A stretch of 63,171 bases of DNA, the filler included, from Octopus bimaculoides (taxonomy: Eukaryota), in NCBI RefSeq assembly GCF_001194135.2. It is 5 parts of 5 records of this genome, joined end to end, with 100 filler letters (N's around TTAATTAATTAA, not from the genome) between each part and the next. Parts side by side here need not be neighbours in the genome. Positions count along the whole stretch, not along the records: positions 1 to 18,621 come from NC_068994.1; positions 18,722 to 43,069 come from NC_069004.1; 3 more parts are not named here. One strand, written 5' to 3'. Both the position numbers and the translations under genes were made by a program. Shown here in pieces: positions 11,412-24,426 of the stretch (its first letter is position 1; each line of letters starts with the position of its first letter). The notes under the pieces are model-generated. The model was given only the letters and a program-made list of their open reading frames with translations. It was not told where the DNA came from and made no database searches.

Positions 11412-12102
11412 TATATCGATTTAAATGAGAGCCCCAAAACTGATCCATTGAAAATACTTTATTATAATAATAATAACAATGAAAATGACCTATGATCATT
11501 TCGATGCAATATCCAGATTGATTCATGCATATTATAAAATATTATAAAATATAATAAAATATGGGATACTGCATCTCCTCGGGGCCTTATTATTATTAGT
11601 AGTAGCACACAGACAAGAAAAATAGATAACATTTATATACAACTTTCATAGTTGACCTATGAAAACATGAATCTTGTATTTATGTTTATAACTCCAACGA
11701 TCTTTTTAGAAAGGTGCAGCGTTCTGGATTGGTTCATTACTGAACTGCATAGTCTACCATCATTAATTTGAATCATTTGCTTGATATGTTCATGATTTCA
11801 ACACCATTATGATGTACGGTTGTATTTCATCTCATGTCTTTTCAACATTTTTTGCGTGTTTTCATAGGTCAACTATGAAAGTTGTATATGAATGTTATCT
11901 ATTTTTATTGTCTGCCTGCTACTACTAATAATAATAAGGCCATGAGGAGATGCAGTATCCCATATTTTATAATATTTTATAATATTTTATAATATGCATG
12001 AATCAATCTGGATATTGCATCGAAATGATCATAGGTCATTTTCATTATTATAATAAAGTATTTTCAATGGATCAGTTTTGAGCTCTCATTTAGATCCATA
12101 TA
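11412..12102. mobile_element. Foldback element with ~250-bp terminal inverted repeats
   Basis: 11412-11667 is the reverse complement of 11857-12102 with few mismatches or indels; 189-bp non-coding spacer; internal ATATTATAAA subrepeats. Confidence 0.9.
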
Positions 12103-12284
12103 NNNNNNNNNNNNNNNNNNNNNNNNNNNNNNNNNNNNNNNNNNNNNNNNNNNNNNNNNNNNNNNNNNNNNNNNNNNNNNNNNNNNNNNNNNNNNNNNNN
12201 NNNNNNNNNNNNNNNNNNNNNNNNNNNNNNNNNNNNNNNNNNNNNNNNNNNNNNNNNATATATATGCATACATACATGCATCCG

Positions 12285-12670
12285 TGGAGGCGCAATGGCC
12301 CAGTGGTTAGGGCAGTGGATTTGTGGTCATAGGATCACGGTTTCGATTCCCAGAACAGGTGTTGTGAGTGTTTATTGAGCAAAAAACACCTAAGGCTCCA
12401 CAAGGCTCCAGCAGGAGATGGTGGCGAACGCTGCTGTACTCTTTCACCACAACTTTCTCTCACTCTTACTTCCTGTTTCTATTGTGCCTGTAATTCAAAG
12501 GGTCAGCCTTGTCACACTGTGTCACGCTGAATATCCCCGAGAACTACGTTAAGGGTACACGTGTCTGTGGAGTGGTCAGCCACTTGCACGTTAATTTCAC
12601 TAGCAGGCTGTTCCGTTGATCGGATCAACTGGAACCCTCGACGTCGTAAGCGACTGAGTGCCAACAACAA
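12285..12670 (+). mobile_element. tRNA-derived SINE family C, full length
   Basis: A box TGGCCCAGTGGTTAG, B box GTTTCGATTCC, (CAA)n tail. Full reverse copy at 34329-34720; partial copies at ~40585-40740, ~41095-41370 and ~50140-50440. Confidence 0.9.
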
Positions 12671-12731
12671 AAAACATGCATACAAACACGCACATAGATA
12701 CATGCATGTATACAGCATATATATACATATG

Positions 12732-12793
<62 letters not shown>

Positions 12794-14164
12794 CACATAT
12801 ACACATCAGGTTGAGTAAAAAGTAAGCAACATTTTTAACCATGAAGATTTTTTTGCATGTACCCCCATTTCAACATTTCATCCGCTAATTACTCCGGCAG
12901 GAGCTATTCGGATAGAATGGGGCATGCCAACGTTAGGCCGAAACAGCTGTAAGTTTATGTTTATTCTTAAATTCCTTATGTACTCTTATTTGTAAACCCG
13001 GTTGTCAATATAACATGGTTTGTCATAAACACTTGTATTTTGTGGTTTTTTTGTCACTTTAGTTACAAATTAAGTTAATTAATTCAACGGGATAAACTGT
13101 CTGCAAGTCGTTGGGTACAGCATATTCTCCTCCATTTTCTAATTACTATATAAATTTAGGGTAAAATAACCCCACACCCTTTTACCCGCACCCACTTATT
13201 ACACTTGGTAAAACACTAGTGTAACAATAATTGGGTACCCTCCCAGCAGTATATTGGATAGATCTATCCCTTAGTGGGTTGAATCCTCAACCGCTAAATT
13301 ACGGGAACGTAAACACACCAGTATCGGTTGTCAAGCGATGTTGGGAAGACAAACACACACACACACATATACGACAGGCTTCTTTCAGTTTCCGTCTACC
13401 AAATCCACTCACAAGGCTTTGGTCGGCCCGAGACTATACTAGAATGTATGTATGTATGTATNNNNNNNNNNNNNNNNNNNNNNNNNNNNNNNNNNNNNNN
13501 NNNNNNNNNNNNNNNNNNNNNNNNNNNNNNNNNNNNNNNNNNNNNNNNNNNNNNNNNNNNNNNNNNNNNNNNNNNNNNNNNNNNNNNNNNNNNNNNNNNN
13601 NNNNNNNNNNNNNNNNNNNNNNNNNNNNNNNNNNNNNNNNNNNNNNNNNNNNNNNNNNNNNNNNNNNNNNNNNNNNNNNNNNNNNNNNNNNNNNNNNNNN
13701 NNNNNNNNNNNNNNNNNNNNNNNNNNNNNNNNNNNNNNNNNNNNNNNNNNNNNNNNNNNNNNNNNNNNNNNNNNNNNNNNNNNNNNNNNNNNNNNNNNNN
13801 NNNNNNNNNNNNNNNNNNNNNNNNNNNNNNNNNNNNNNNNNNNNNNNNNNNNNNNNNNNNNNNNNNNNNNNNNNNNNNNNNNNNNNNNNNNNNNNNNNNN
13901 NNNNNNNNNNNNNNNNNNNNNNNNNNNNNNNNNNNNNNNNNNNNNNNNNNNNNNNNNNNNNNNNNNNNNNNNNNNNNNNNNNNNNNNNNTATATATATAT
14001 ATATGTATGTAATAGAATTTTTCTGAATTTTCAGATTTTTTTATATGCTAGGCCACTTGATTTGAAATTGAATTAATATTCAATTTATCACCCTCTATAT
14101 ATAAATATGTATACATGTATATATGTTGATATATACATATATACATGTATACATGTTGATCTCT

Positions 14165-14205
<41 letters not shown>

Positions 14206-14547
14206 GTCTATGTGTTTGAGTATTTGTGTATATAAACGTATATATGTATACATTTATAGTTTTGTGTGTAGGCGTGTATCTGTGCCTTTGTGTGTGGATG
14301 TGTGTGGATGTGCGTGTGTGTGCGTGTGTGTGTGCATTTGTACGAGTAAATGAATGCAAACAAAATAAAATAAATAAAATAAAAAAATATTAACCAATTC
14401 ATAAAGTTGTGTCACTGTAATTAAATATTTTTGACTTCATTCAACAAACATACGGAGTGCATAGTGCGTGAATTACTGTATAAAATGGGAGTGATGTGTG
14501 GTCGTGGCAGAGCATTGCAGATAACCCAGCTTAACGAGAATCCTTCC

Positions 14548-14908
14548 TTATGGGCGCAGTAGTGGCTGTGTGGTAAGTAGCTTGCTTACCAACCACATGG
14601 TTCTGGCTTCAGTCCCACTACGTGGCATCTTGGGCAATTGTCTTCTACTATGGCCTCAGGCCGACCAAAGCCTTGTGAGTGGATTTGGTAGACGGAAACT
14701 GAAAGAAGCCCGTCGTCGCCATGATAGATCGCTGACCACGACATTAAAATTTTTTTTTTCTCCTTGTTTTCTCCTTATTTCTTTCTGTTGAAGAGCGTAG
14801 CTCGAAACGTTAAAGACTTTCTCTATTCCCGAGCGTTAAACTAATACACCCTTTTGTTGTTTACACCACCTGTCCTCGTCTGTTGTGTTTTTTTTCGTAA
14901 ATTCTCCC

Positions 14909-14954
<46 letters not shown>

Positions 14955-15170
14955 TTGTGTGTCTGTGATTGTCCCCCCACCATCGCTTGACAACCGATGC
15001 TGGTGTGTTTACGTCCCCGTAATCTAGCGGTTCGGCAAAAAGAGACCGATAGAATAAGTACTAGGCTACCAAAGAATAAGTCCTGGGGTCGATTTGCTCG
15101 ACTAAAGGCGGTGCTCCAGCATGGCCGCAGTCAAATGACTGAAACAAGTAAAAGAGTAAAAGAGTAAAGA
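14548..15170 (+). mobile_element. SINE family B (CORE-like ...CTTGGGCAA...GTCTTCTACTAT), split by a Penelope-like insert at 14717-14909
   Basis: Matches the uninterrupted copy at 23456-23838 on both sides of the insert; (GTAAAAGA)n tail. Other copies: 25382-26620(+, split by mariner), ~28490-28880(-), ~29330-29580(-), ~30740-30985(-), ~35390-35630(-), ~36345-36480(-), ~36860-36995(-), ~37800-37950(+), ~42032-42195(+), ~13295-13445(-). Confidence 0.85.
14780..14816 (+). ncRNA. Minimal type-I hammerhead ribozyme motif (Penelope-type, variant core CUGUUGA)
   Basis: Stem I TCTTT(14780-84)/AAAGA(14812-16); core CTGTTGA+A; stem II GAGC-gta-GCTC; GAAA; palindromic AACGTT stem III with GUU cleavage triplet. 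Confidence 0.6.
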
Positions 15171-15775
15171 GTAATATGTATCCAGATTGCACAGAAAAAT
15201 ATCTTCTGTGAGGCCTTCTGCGTTGGAAAGGGGAAATGAGAGAGCAAAAGCAAGCATTTTGAATAGTCACGCCTTTGGAACGTATTCAACCAATGAAAGT
15301 GTTAGAAGGGTGGGGCTTTCAGTATATGGTTAATTGTGATTGGTTGTTTTTTAGAACGTCGCTGTGAGGATTGCTGCTGAAGCAGCTGATAGGTCGTTTG
15401 AATGTAGGCAAAGAATTTGGAGAAGGTTGAGTAGATAAAAGAAGTATAGAGAAAAAAGGTGGAGGGAGGTGAAAAAGATATAGAAGAAAACGGAGGGAGT
15501 GGATCTGAGAGAAGGGAAAGCTTATAATGACTAAAGGAGTGGGAGGGTAGAAGTGTTGTAGTGGGAGGGTAGAGTGCAATAGTTGGCTGTGACTCTTCCT
15601 CTCTCTCTTTCTCTGTCTCTTTCTCTCTGTCTTTCTTTCTCTCCCTCTGTCTTTCTGTCTCTCTCTCTCAGTCTTTCTGTCTCTTTCTACCTACCTATTC
15701 AAAGAAAGCGGGAAAGAGAAAAAGACAGGAAGAGAAAGAGTGAGAGGAGGATAAACAGCATATCGACAGTTATTC

Positions 15776-15823
<48 letters not shown>

Positions 15824-16353
15824 GACAGAGAGACAGAGAGAGAGAGAAAGAGAGTTGAACAGAAGGTCGAGAAGCAAATTGTAAATAAAATGTAAAGGAA
15901 GCCATATTATTGCATTTTAAAGTTTGTTGTTGTTGTTGATCTGGCGGCGGCGGCGGCGGCGGTGGTGTTGGTGTTGGTGGTAGTGGTTTGTAGCTGCTGT
16001 TACCTCTTGCATATATGCGTGTGTGTGTGTGTGTGTTTATATCTATGTATCTATAATACGTGTGTTATGTGTTAGACGGAACATTCCGAGTATTAACGGA
16101 AAGCCAAAATCGGAAGGCTTTCTTTTGGTTTCGGTTTTTGTCTCTTGCATTTTTATCTTCAAAGCCAAGTAAACTAGGAAGGATTCGGTGCCGTGGAAGG
16201 AAATATTTAAATCGACAACAGCAACAACGACAAGAACACTTTTTCTCCATTAACCATTGTAATAATGTCTTAAACGGACTAACTACATCTATACGTATAC
16301 CCGCTTTTAATTTATTACCTACCTGCTTTTTCATATTATTATTATCATCATCA

Positions 16354-16414
<61 letters not shown>

Positions 16415-17139
16415 CATTATTATTATCATCATCATCATCATTATTTATTTATTTATTTACTTATTTATTTATTCGATTAATTATCTATCATCACCCACAG
16501 ATGATGAAGCGATGTTACCTGTTGCCGAAGTTGTAGCAGCATTATTTTTAACGAACAAATATTTAGCATAAGAATTATATATTTATGTATGTAAGTACGT
16601 ATGTATATTACTTAACGCACCTGTAGTATGTCTTTCTGGTTTTTTCATCTCTACCTGTGACATATTTGTTGTGACAAACATTGTAACGCGGCGATATCTG
16701 TGGAACAAGGTGCGACGTACGTTACGTGGCCGTGACTCCACCACGCAAGGAACTTACTTTGTTCTGTGTGGTATAACGTAAGTGCAAGGTTGTTTTGTGA
16801 TCTATATACATACATGCACGCCTCCTCACTAAATCTGTATGACATTATGTTCAGTTATACTTGCGTATAATAATGATGAATGGGGTGTATGCCTTTATGG
16901 TGTCGACAGACGGACTAACAATTTTTGATTAGTAATACATACATACATACATATTTGCATGCAAACATACAGACATACATATTTGCATACATGCATTCGT
17001 ACACGCATACATATATATACACATACCTACATATATAAATATATATTTGCATATATACACACAGAGATACATATAATTATATAGATATATATATATATAT
17101 ATACCTAGATACATACATACACACAAAGACCTGTATACA

Positions 17140-17207
<68 letters not shown>

Positions 17208-18141
17208 CATACTTACATACATACATACATACATACTTACATATATACATACATACATCCTTACATGCATACATACACACACACACACATACACACATAG
17301 ATACACAAGCTCTCAGACACACACACACACACACATGCACACACACACACACATAAACATACACATAGATATATGTACATAAATGCATAGGCACACAAAC
17401 ACACAAACACACGCACATTTACAAATATACTTATCTATTGCATTGATACATCCATCCATCCATCCATCCATCCATCCATCCATCCATACATACATACATA
17501 CATTCATTCATACACGCATATATGAGTTCATACACGCAGATACACACAAAAAACACACACAGGTAGACATATCTATATATATATATATACATGCACATGG
17601 ATAGACACATTCATACAAATACACAAACACAAACACACATCCACACATTTATTTATGATGTTTTACCTATGACATACGCCACGTGTAGTCAGCATTCTAT
17701 AATATATCTGTGATATTACATCGAATTGTGCGATGAACTTATGGACTATTCAAACAATACCCGTGCATTTAAAACTATAGCTGCAAACACACGCATGTTG
17801 TGTGACTGCTTAAACTTCTATAGCATATATTGTGTAACATTACTTGTGACAAGGCGTGCGATATGTAACTAGGCAGTGACATCCCGGATATCTGATAAAT
17901 CTCAATGACACGACGCTGTCTGATATTTTTTCCTCCACGGACGATATTAATTTCTGCTTAACAACAACAGCAACATTGATAATAATTAACACAGAATTAT
18001 TAGATACAAGTGTTTCAGTTGTCTTTGTAATTAGCTTGGAAGTTGTTGGCTAAACGACAAACGAAAGACCAACATATACATACACATATACATACCTACA
18101 TACATACCTACATACATACATACATACATACNNNNNNNNNN

Positions 18142-18193
<52 letters not shown>

Positions 18194-18563
18194 TAGAAAT
18201 TAAAAATATGTTTTAAAAATCGCCCCACCCCACGAACACCAACGAGATAACCACAACGGCAAATCCAAACAAGTGTCTTTGATTGTTATACTGGACAACA
18301 GATTCTTATATTCTACAATTCTGTTATTCTGCTTATAAAAAAATACGAAACCTCATAAGTAGAGTTAATTTGATTACCTATCGTTAATTGAAGCAACGAA
18401 ATACGGAGGAAAAATTCAATCTAAGGTATGTACTTCTATCTTTTACTATCTATCTATCTCTCTACACATACACACATACATATATATATATACATACATA
18501 CATACATGCATATATTCATACATACATACATACATTCATACATACATGCATACATACATACAT

Positions 18564-18621
<58 letters not shown>

Positions 18622-18665
18622 NNNNNNNNNNNNNNNNNNNNNNNNNNNNNNNNNNNNNNNNNNNN

Positions 18666-18677
18666 TTAATTAATTAA
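18666..18677. other. Assembly linker TTAATTAATTAA (stops in all six frames) inside a 100-bp gap
   Basis: 44 N + TTAATTAATTAA + 44 N. Identical layout at 43114-43125, 59418-59429 and 61465-61476. Confidence 0.95.
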
Positions 18678-19447
18678 NNNNNNNNNNNNNNNNNNNNNNN
18701 NNNNNNNNNNNNNNNNNNNNNAAATTCCGATATAATCGGAATCTACACTATCTGAAACGTATTTGTTGAAAATTCCATTAAAAAATACTCATCTTTTGGA
18801 AAATTATGAGGAAACAAAGTCGGGGGGGGGGGCACACACTTATGTAAGTATGCCTTAAACTGAATATATTTTGTATTAAAGATAGCATTTTATCATTTTA
18901 TTGTTAGTAATGCGACGGGTATCGAACCTGTATCTTTAAAAAGGAAGGGTACATTCTTGAGAAGAAAAAACAAAGGGATCGTCATGGTTGGAACGTCCTT
19001 AGTCAGCAACATTAATTATTTCCTTATTCCCCACGTCAAACGAGAATAAGATCAGTGTTTCTTCATAGGAGAGGCGACATCTCCTTTGAGTACCTGCTAG
19101 GATTGAAAAGGAACGGGGTAGACAAATTACCAAATTTAATAATTAACTTGTCCAATACCATGGCGAAGAAAAAAGAATTATATAGATACAAATTCTATTT
19201 TGTTGTTAATTGTGGAGGCCAGATCAAAATATTTTACTGGTATTTTGAGGTGTGGGGCTTTGTTGTCAGTCTGAGAATCCCACGTCCAAATAGCATTACT
19301 ATCTTCTCTTCAGATGTGGCAAGTCTCTTATCTGAGATGCAAACATCCGGGAAGAGGTAATTTCCTATTTGACATTCATAAAATCGGTGATCCAAAAAGT
19401 TTTATTTCAGTAAAACATTTCATAATTATAAGTGGCATACCACTTTC

Positions 19448-19488
19448 AAGAATTCTCACATATGTCCTGGACATATGTGAGAATTCTT
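19448..19488. repeat. Perfect 20-bp-arm palindrome with 1-nt spacer
   Basis: AAGAATTCTCACATATGTCC-T-GGACATATGTGAGAATTCTT. Confidence 0.95.
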
Positions 19489-20236
19489 CAATCCACGGAG
19501 GGCACACCAAGCAGTGTAAGTCTTCGGGCCAGTGTCGTAATTGAATGCCTTTCCTTGATTATCTTCTGATCTGTAAATATTTCGTTGGGATTCACAATTA
19601 AACGAAGAGTAGCAGGGCGTCCACGAGACCTACTAATCTCGTTGAAATAAAATTGAAATTCAAGCGATTTCAATTTTTACGAACGTTAGACAGGAAATTA
19701 CCCTGGAAGACAGGATCTGTTTTGGTAAGGTTTCAGTTTGATTTTCGTACATTTCTGATAACTGTCAATGCCGTGACAAAAGATCGTCAGGCAACTGACT
19801 CTCTTAAATGGTAAAATATATGAAAAGCGGCTTAATGAAATGCCATTTCTCAGAAGCGTTTTTCTGTGCAAAGCGATGCAATTGTTGCATCGATGACGTA
19901 GTGCTAAATTCTTTTCTTTTCTTTTTTTAAGTTTAAAGACGAATTCATCCGACGTTATCAAACTTTTTTTAGGTAACTTCTCCATTTACTTCTTTCGTAG
20001 ACAGATGAAAAATGGTAATCTAGAATTATAGATGACTAAAATTCAATCGTTATTCGATCTCTTCTTAAACAAATTACACAGTCACATCTATACTCAATAA
20101 CTATATCAGACAAAAGATGTGCAAAGCGGTTAAACAATAATCGCGTTTGATTTTGCAACGAGACCGAAATATTCCTGTCAAACAATTATTTACTAAACAA
20201 CTTTCGGACGTGCTTTAAAATTCACCGCTCAATTGA

Positions 20237-20267
<31 letters not shown>

Positions 20268-21249
20268 ACTATCCAGATGTGTATATATATATATACAAGT
20301 CGACTCTGTGAATCTTCTTGTCTGTATTTAATTTATTATTTTTAAACTACCGATATTCGCTGTGTTCTTGTTTAACCATAAATCGGTCATGATCAGACAC
20401 GTCTATGATCNNNNNNNNNNNNNNNNNNNNNNNNNNNNNNNNNNNNNNNNNNNNNNNNNNNNNNNNNNNNNNNNNNNNNNNNNNNNNNNNNNNNNNNNNN
20501 NNNNNNNNNNNNNNNNNNNNNNNNNNNNNNNNNNNNNNNNNNNNNNNNNNNNNNNNNNNNNNNNNNNNNNNNNNNNNNNNNNNNNNNNNNNNNNNNNNNN
20601 NNNNNNNNNNNNNNNNNNNNNNNNNNNNNNNNNNNNNNNNNNNNNNNNNNNNNNNNNNNNNNNNNNNNNNNNNNNNNNNNNNNNNNNNNNNNNNNNNNNN
20701 NNNNNNNNNNNNNNNNNNNNNNNNNNNNNNNNNNNNNNNNNNNNNNNNNNNNNNNNNNNNNNNNNNNNNNNNNNNNNNNNNNNNNNNNNNNNNNNNNNNN
20801 NNNNNNNNNNNNNNNNNNNNNNNNNNNNNNNNNNNNNNNNNNNNNNNNNNNNNNNNNNNNNNNNNNNNNNNNNNNNNNNNNNNNNNNNNNNNNNNNNNNN
20901 NNNNNNNNNNNNNNNNNNNNNNNNNNNNNNNNNNNNNGGGGGGGAACGGTTATGGTTCTTTACTTGTCCTGTTATCTTTGTTATGAATTACGCTATCTTT
21001 TATGAATATCAGAACTATAAAATACAAACACACACACACACATGTATGTGCATAGATACATACATTTACACATAGTGGTATGCACACATATACACACATA
21101 GTCTGACATCTGTTAGTCTTGGAAAATCGTTGATTTTCACCTGGCAAGTTGTGATTTAGTCTTGTTAGCAGAGTAGCATCTGCAGTGGCAGTAGAGGTCC
21201 CCACAACAGGAATCACAAATACATTAGAAGCACCATTTGATAGTATAGT

Positions 21250-21323
<74 letters not shown>

Positions 21324-22710
21324 TTCATTCACCAATAAGCTTTAGTTTTCTTAATTTAAAAAAAAATCTGCCTTATTCCATGCCTCGAATCAGAACGGTC
21401 ACTTTGCAATGTCCTCCCATCTTTCAACTTTCTTATTCAGTGACTTCATGTCTTGCTTGCAGATATCTTTGAAATGAAGATGGGATTGCTAGAGGACTCA
21501 CCCCATTCAGCATATCTTTGAGGATTCTCACATTTAGCATGCAGTGTGTATGACCCAGTGTGTGGAGATGTTGCAACAGAACATGGTATCTGGATACTGG
21601 CCAGGATCCTATTATTGGTGATTCAAATCCAACCTTCTTGATATCTAAGAAGCATGTCAGTCTACACAAAATGAGAAGTGTAGTGATACTATTCTTTGCC
21701 ATAAAACAATGTGCTCAGAATTCAGGCTCTGAAGACTGTAATATAGCTGGATGTCTCTAGCTTGCTATTCTTCTAGTCTCTTGTTATCCACTCCATCCAC
21801 TGATGCTTTATTTTTCTATGTCAATTAAGGCTTTGTTTTGCATTTCATTTGTGCAAATTACATTAATATCAGGGCTGGCAAGATTCTAAACTTGGTGCTT
21901 AGAATCTTCTGCAAAATCATCTTTGTAGTTGTTCCATAATTGTAAAGGGTCAACTCCTATATCACAGGTTTTCAACAAAATAGCAAATAAATCTCTTGAC
22001 TGCTTTGGGGATTGGTTAGGGCTGCTTTTTTTAAAGTGACTTCCCTTTGACTATCATCTTCTAGTATTTCACATTTGTGGCATGCCTCTCTCTCTCTTTA
22101 AATGCAACACAAATATGACCATCAGCTGTTCTAAGATCTTCAGAAGATCTAGGACCTATAACTTCATGCAGATACATTCTTAAAAAGAATTTTGGTTGGG
22201 ATGACTAGTCTAGACTCTGCCTAAAGTGCAGACAAATTTTACCTGTGGATGACCTTCAACTTTGCATCCTCTCTTCTACTCCATTTTCTGTTGTTCCATA
22301 TATAATAAGGTAACAAGTGATACAATGAAGTTTAAGCAAACATATCTTCTTGGCATAGTGTAAAAAAAGTTGTAAGTATAGTTTCTGTTGAAGCAAGATC
22401 TTATTACTAAGCAGGTTTTTTATCAGTCTATTTTCTAAATGAATTGCAAGTTACTGTACTGTAGAATATCTTTCATGGTTGGGAATGCCAAACATTTCCC
22501 AAAATATTTTATTGCTGCTTAAGTAACAACTTTGTTGATAGTTTGTCATTTCATCAGGTATAGTTTGTTGTACATCAGACTTAACTACATCAGATCCCTT
22601 GTTCACATACTTGATAGACTTGACAGAGTTACAAAATACAACCTTAATATGTACTTTAATAAAAGCTTTTGTCAAGAGAGAGCAGTGACGTACAATCCAT
22701 TTATTAGCAA

Positions 22711-24163
22711 CTAGCAGACATACCCGGCGTTGCTTGAGATTTAAATGGCATAGTTTGTATATCCTGGTACAGTTAAGTTGAAATGTGATAGAGGGAAGAG
22801 CAGCGTTGATGACAAAAGATTTGTGGAGTAAATGAAGCACTAATTCAACATGTCATGTGTCTGTTTGGTAAGTTCCAGGCCCTAACCATGTCATGAAAAA
22901 GTGGGTGAGGGGTATGTTATTTTTGAATGCACCAAAAAGCTCTCAGTGGATATACTTTCCTTTGTGGCTGTCGCTACCATGCTGATCAATCAGCAGACAT
23001 AAGAACTACATCTATGTGATGAATTAAGCCTGTGGGCATGCTCACCAGCACTACATGAGAGAAATCTACATGAAAGAAATGAGGTGGTAAGGGGTGGGGA
23101 TTGGCTGAAGCAGCATTCTTGGTCAGGTCAATACTACGCTGCTCATAGCTTTCCATTGCTCTTGCAGTAGCTGTACATGCAGCATTTTGTGATTGTCTAA
23201 TTGAAGTTTCATGTGACATTTCATTTGCTCTCCTTTTCAATTTCTCTGCTACTACTGTTTTTCAACCAATGATATAATAAACTAAGAAGAAATATGATGT
23301 AATAAACTAAGAAGACAGTTGTACGTTAATGATGAAATGTCAATAAAAAAGGTAAATAATATCAACATCTTAGCAAATTTTAAGAAATACACACAATGAA
23401 CTGAGATGACACTGTTATGTTAATAATTAAATGTCATTCAAAAACATTAATTAATGGCTGTGTGGTAAGTAGCTTGCTTACCAGCCACATGGTTCTGGGT
23501 TCAGTCCCACTGCGTGGCACCTTGGGCAAGTGTCTTCTACTATAGCCTCGGGCCGACCAAAGCCTTGTGAGTGGATTTGGTAGACGGAAACTGAAAGAAG
23601 CCCGTCGTATATATGTATATATATATGTTTGTGTGTTTGTGTTTGTCCCTCCACCATCGCTTGACAACCGATGGTGATGTGTTTACGTCCCCGTAACTTA
23701 GTGGTTCAGCAAAAGAGACCGATAGAATAAGTACTAGGCTTTCAAAGAATAAGTCCTGGGGTCGATTTGCTTGATTAAAGGCTGTGCTCCAGCATGGCCG
23801 CAGTCAAAAGACTGAAACAAGTAAAAGAGTAAAAGAGATCAATATTTTAAAAAGATGAAAAACGCTCAATGGAAAAAGCATTACTTAGTAACATTCCTAA
23901 ATGGATTAATTGCAATGGATGTAAGGGAGGCAATCAATTTCCAGGAGTTACTTCACAAAGCATTACCACATTAGTCGTATGTACCCCAGAAAAGGGAGTT
24001 TTCTGCCCCCAGAGGCCCCATAACTCATTGTGTAAAAAATTTTAAGAGTCTAAAACCAACTCTGGAATGTAAGTAATATATGTTCCCAGTTTGGGGAAAA
24101 TCGGTTGCGAACTTCAAAAGTTATGTAGGTTTACACAGACATACTGAGTTTTATATACATAGA
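22711..24163 (-). mobile_element. Non-autonomous Helitron with canonical termini, nested in the RepHel fossil
   Basis: Minus strand reads A|TCTATGTATATAAAACTC ... GCAACGCCGGGTATGTCTGCTAG|T: 5' TC, 3' CTAG after a degenerate hairpin, AT target, no TSD. Contains an STPR-like N-terminal remnant (RRANEMSHETSIRQSQNAA) and a SINE B at 23456-23838. Confidence 0.8.
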
Positions 24164-24231
24164 TTATATTTTGTTCAAATCTTATTGTAAAGCCTTCCTC
24201 ATCAGGTTTTCTTTTGCAATATGAAAGATAA

Positions 24232-24426
24232 ACGTTAGCATGCCGGGCAAAATGCTTAGTGGTATTTCATCTGTCTTTATGTTCTGAGTTCAAGTTCTGT
24301 CAAGGTCAACTTTGCCTTTCATCCTTTCGGGGTGGATAAATTAAGTACCAGTTGCGTACTGGGGGTCAATCTCATCGACTGGCCCCTCTCCCAAAATTTC
24401 AGGCCTTGTGCCTTGAGTAGAAAACG
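24232..24426 (+). mobile_element. SINE family A with 13-bp TSD in the Helitron fossil
   Basis: ATATGAAAGATAA at 24219-24231 and 24427-24439. Confidence 0.9.

Noticed and set aside
12285-12360. tRNA gene call for the A-box/B-box sequence
   Set aside because: It continues into a 390-bp multi-copy body with a CAA tail and TSDs, so it is a SINE head.
16621-16800. CpG-containing unique patch with donor-like sites on both strands
   Set aside because: No frame gave a recognisable peptide or a matched acceptor-donor pair.
18850-18862. ATGCCTTAAACT, matching the U12 snRNA 5' end
   Set aside because: The downstream sequence lacks the branch-point-pairing region, stem-loops and Sm site.
18905-18935. 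Minus-strand GGTTCGATACCCGTCGCA tRNA T-arm/B-box-like fragment
   Set aside because: No D-arm, anticodon arm or acceptor stem; at most a SINE scrap.
19314-19972. Several small + strand AG...GT pseudo-exons (19314-19356, 19411-19514, 19694-19724, 19932-19972)
   Set aside because: I could not chain them in a consistent stop-free phase; such signals are common in AT-rich DNA. One may still be the gene's true 5' exon.
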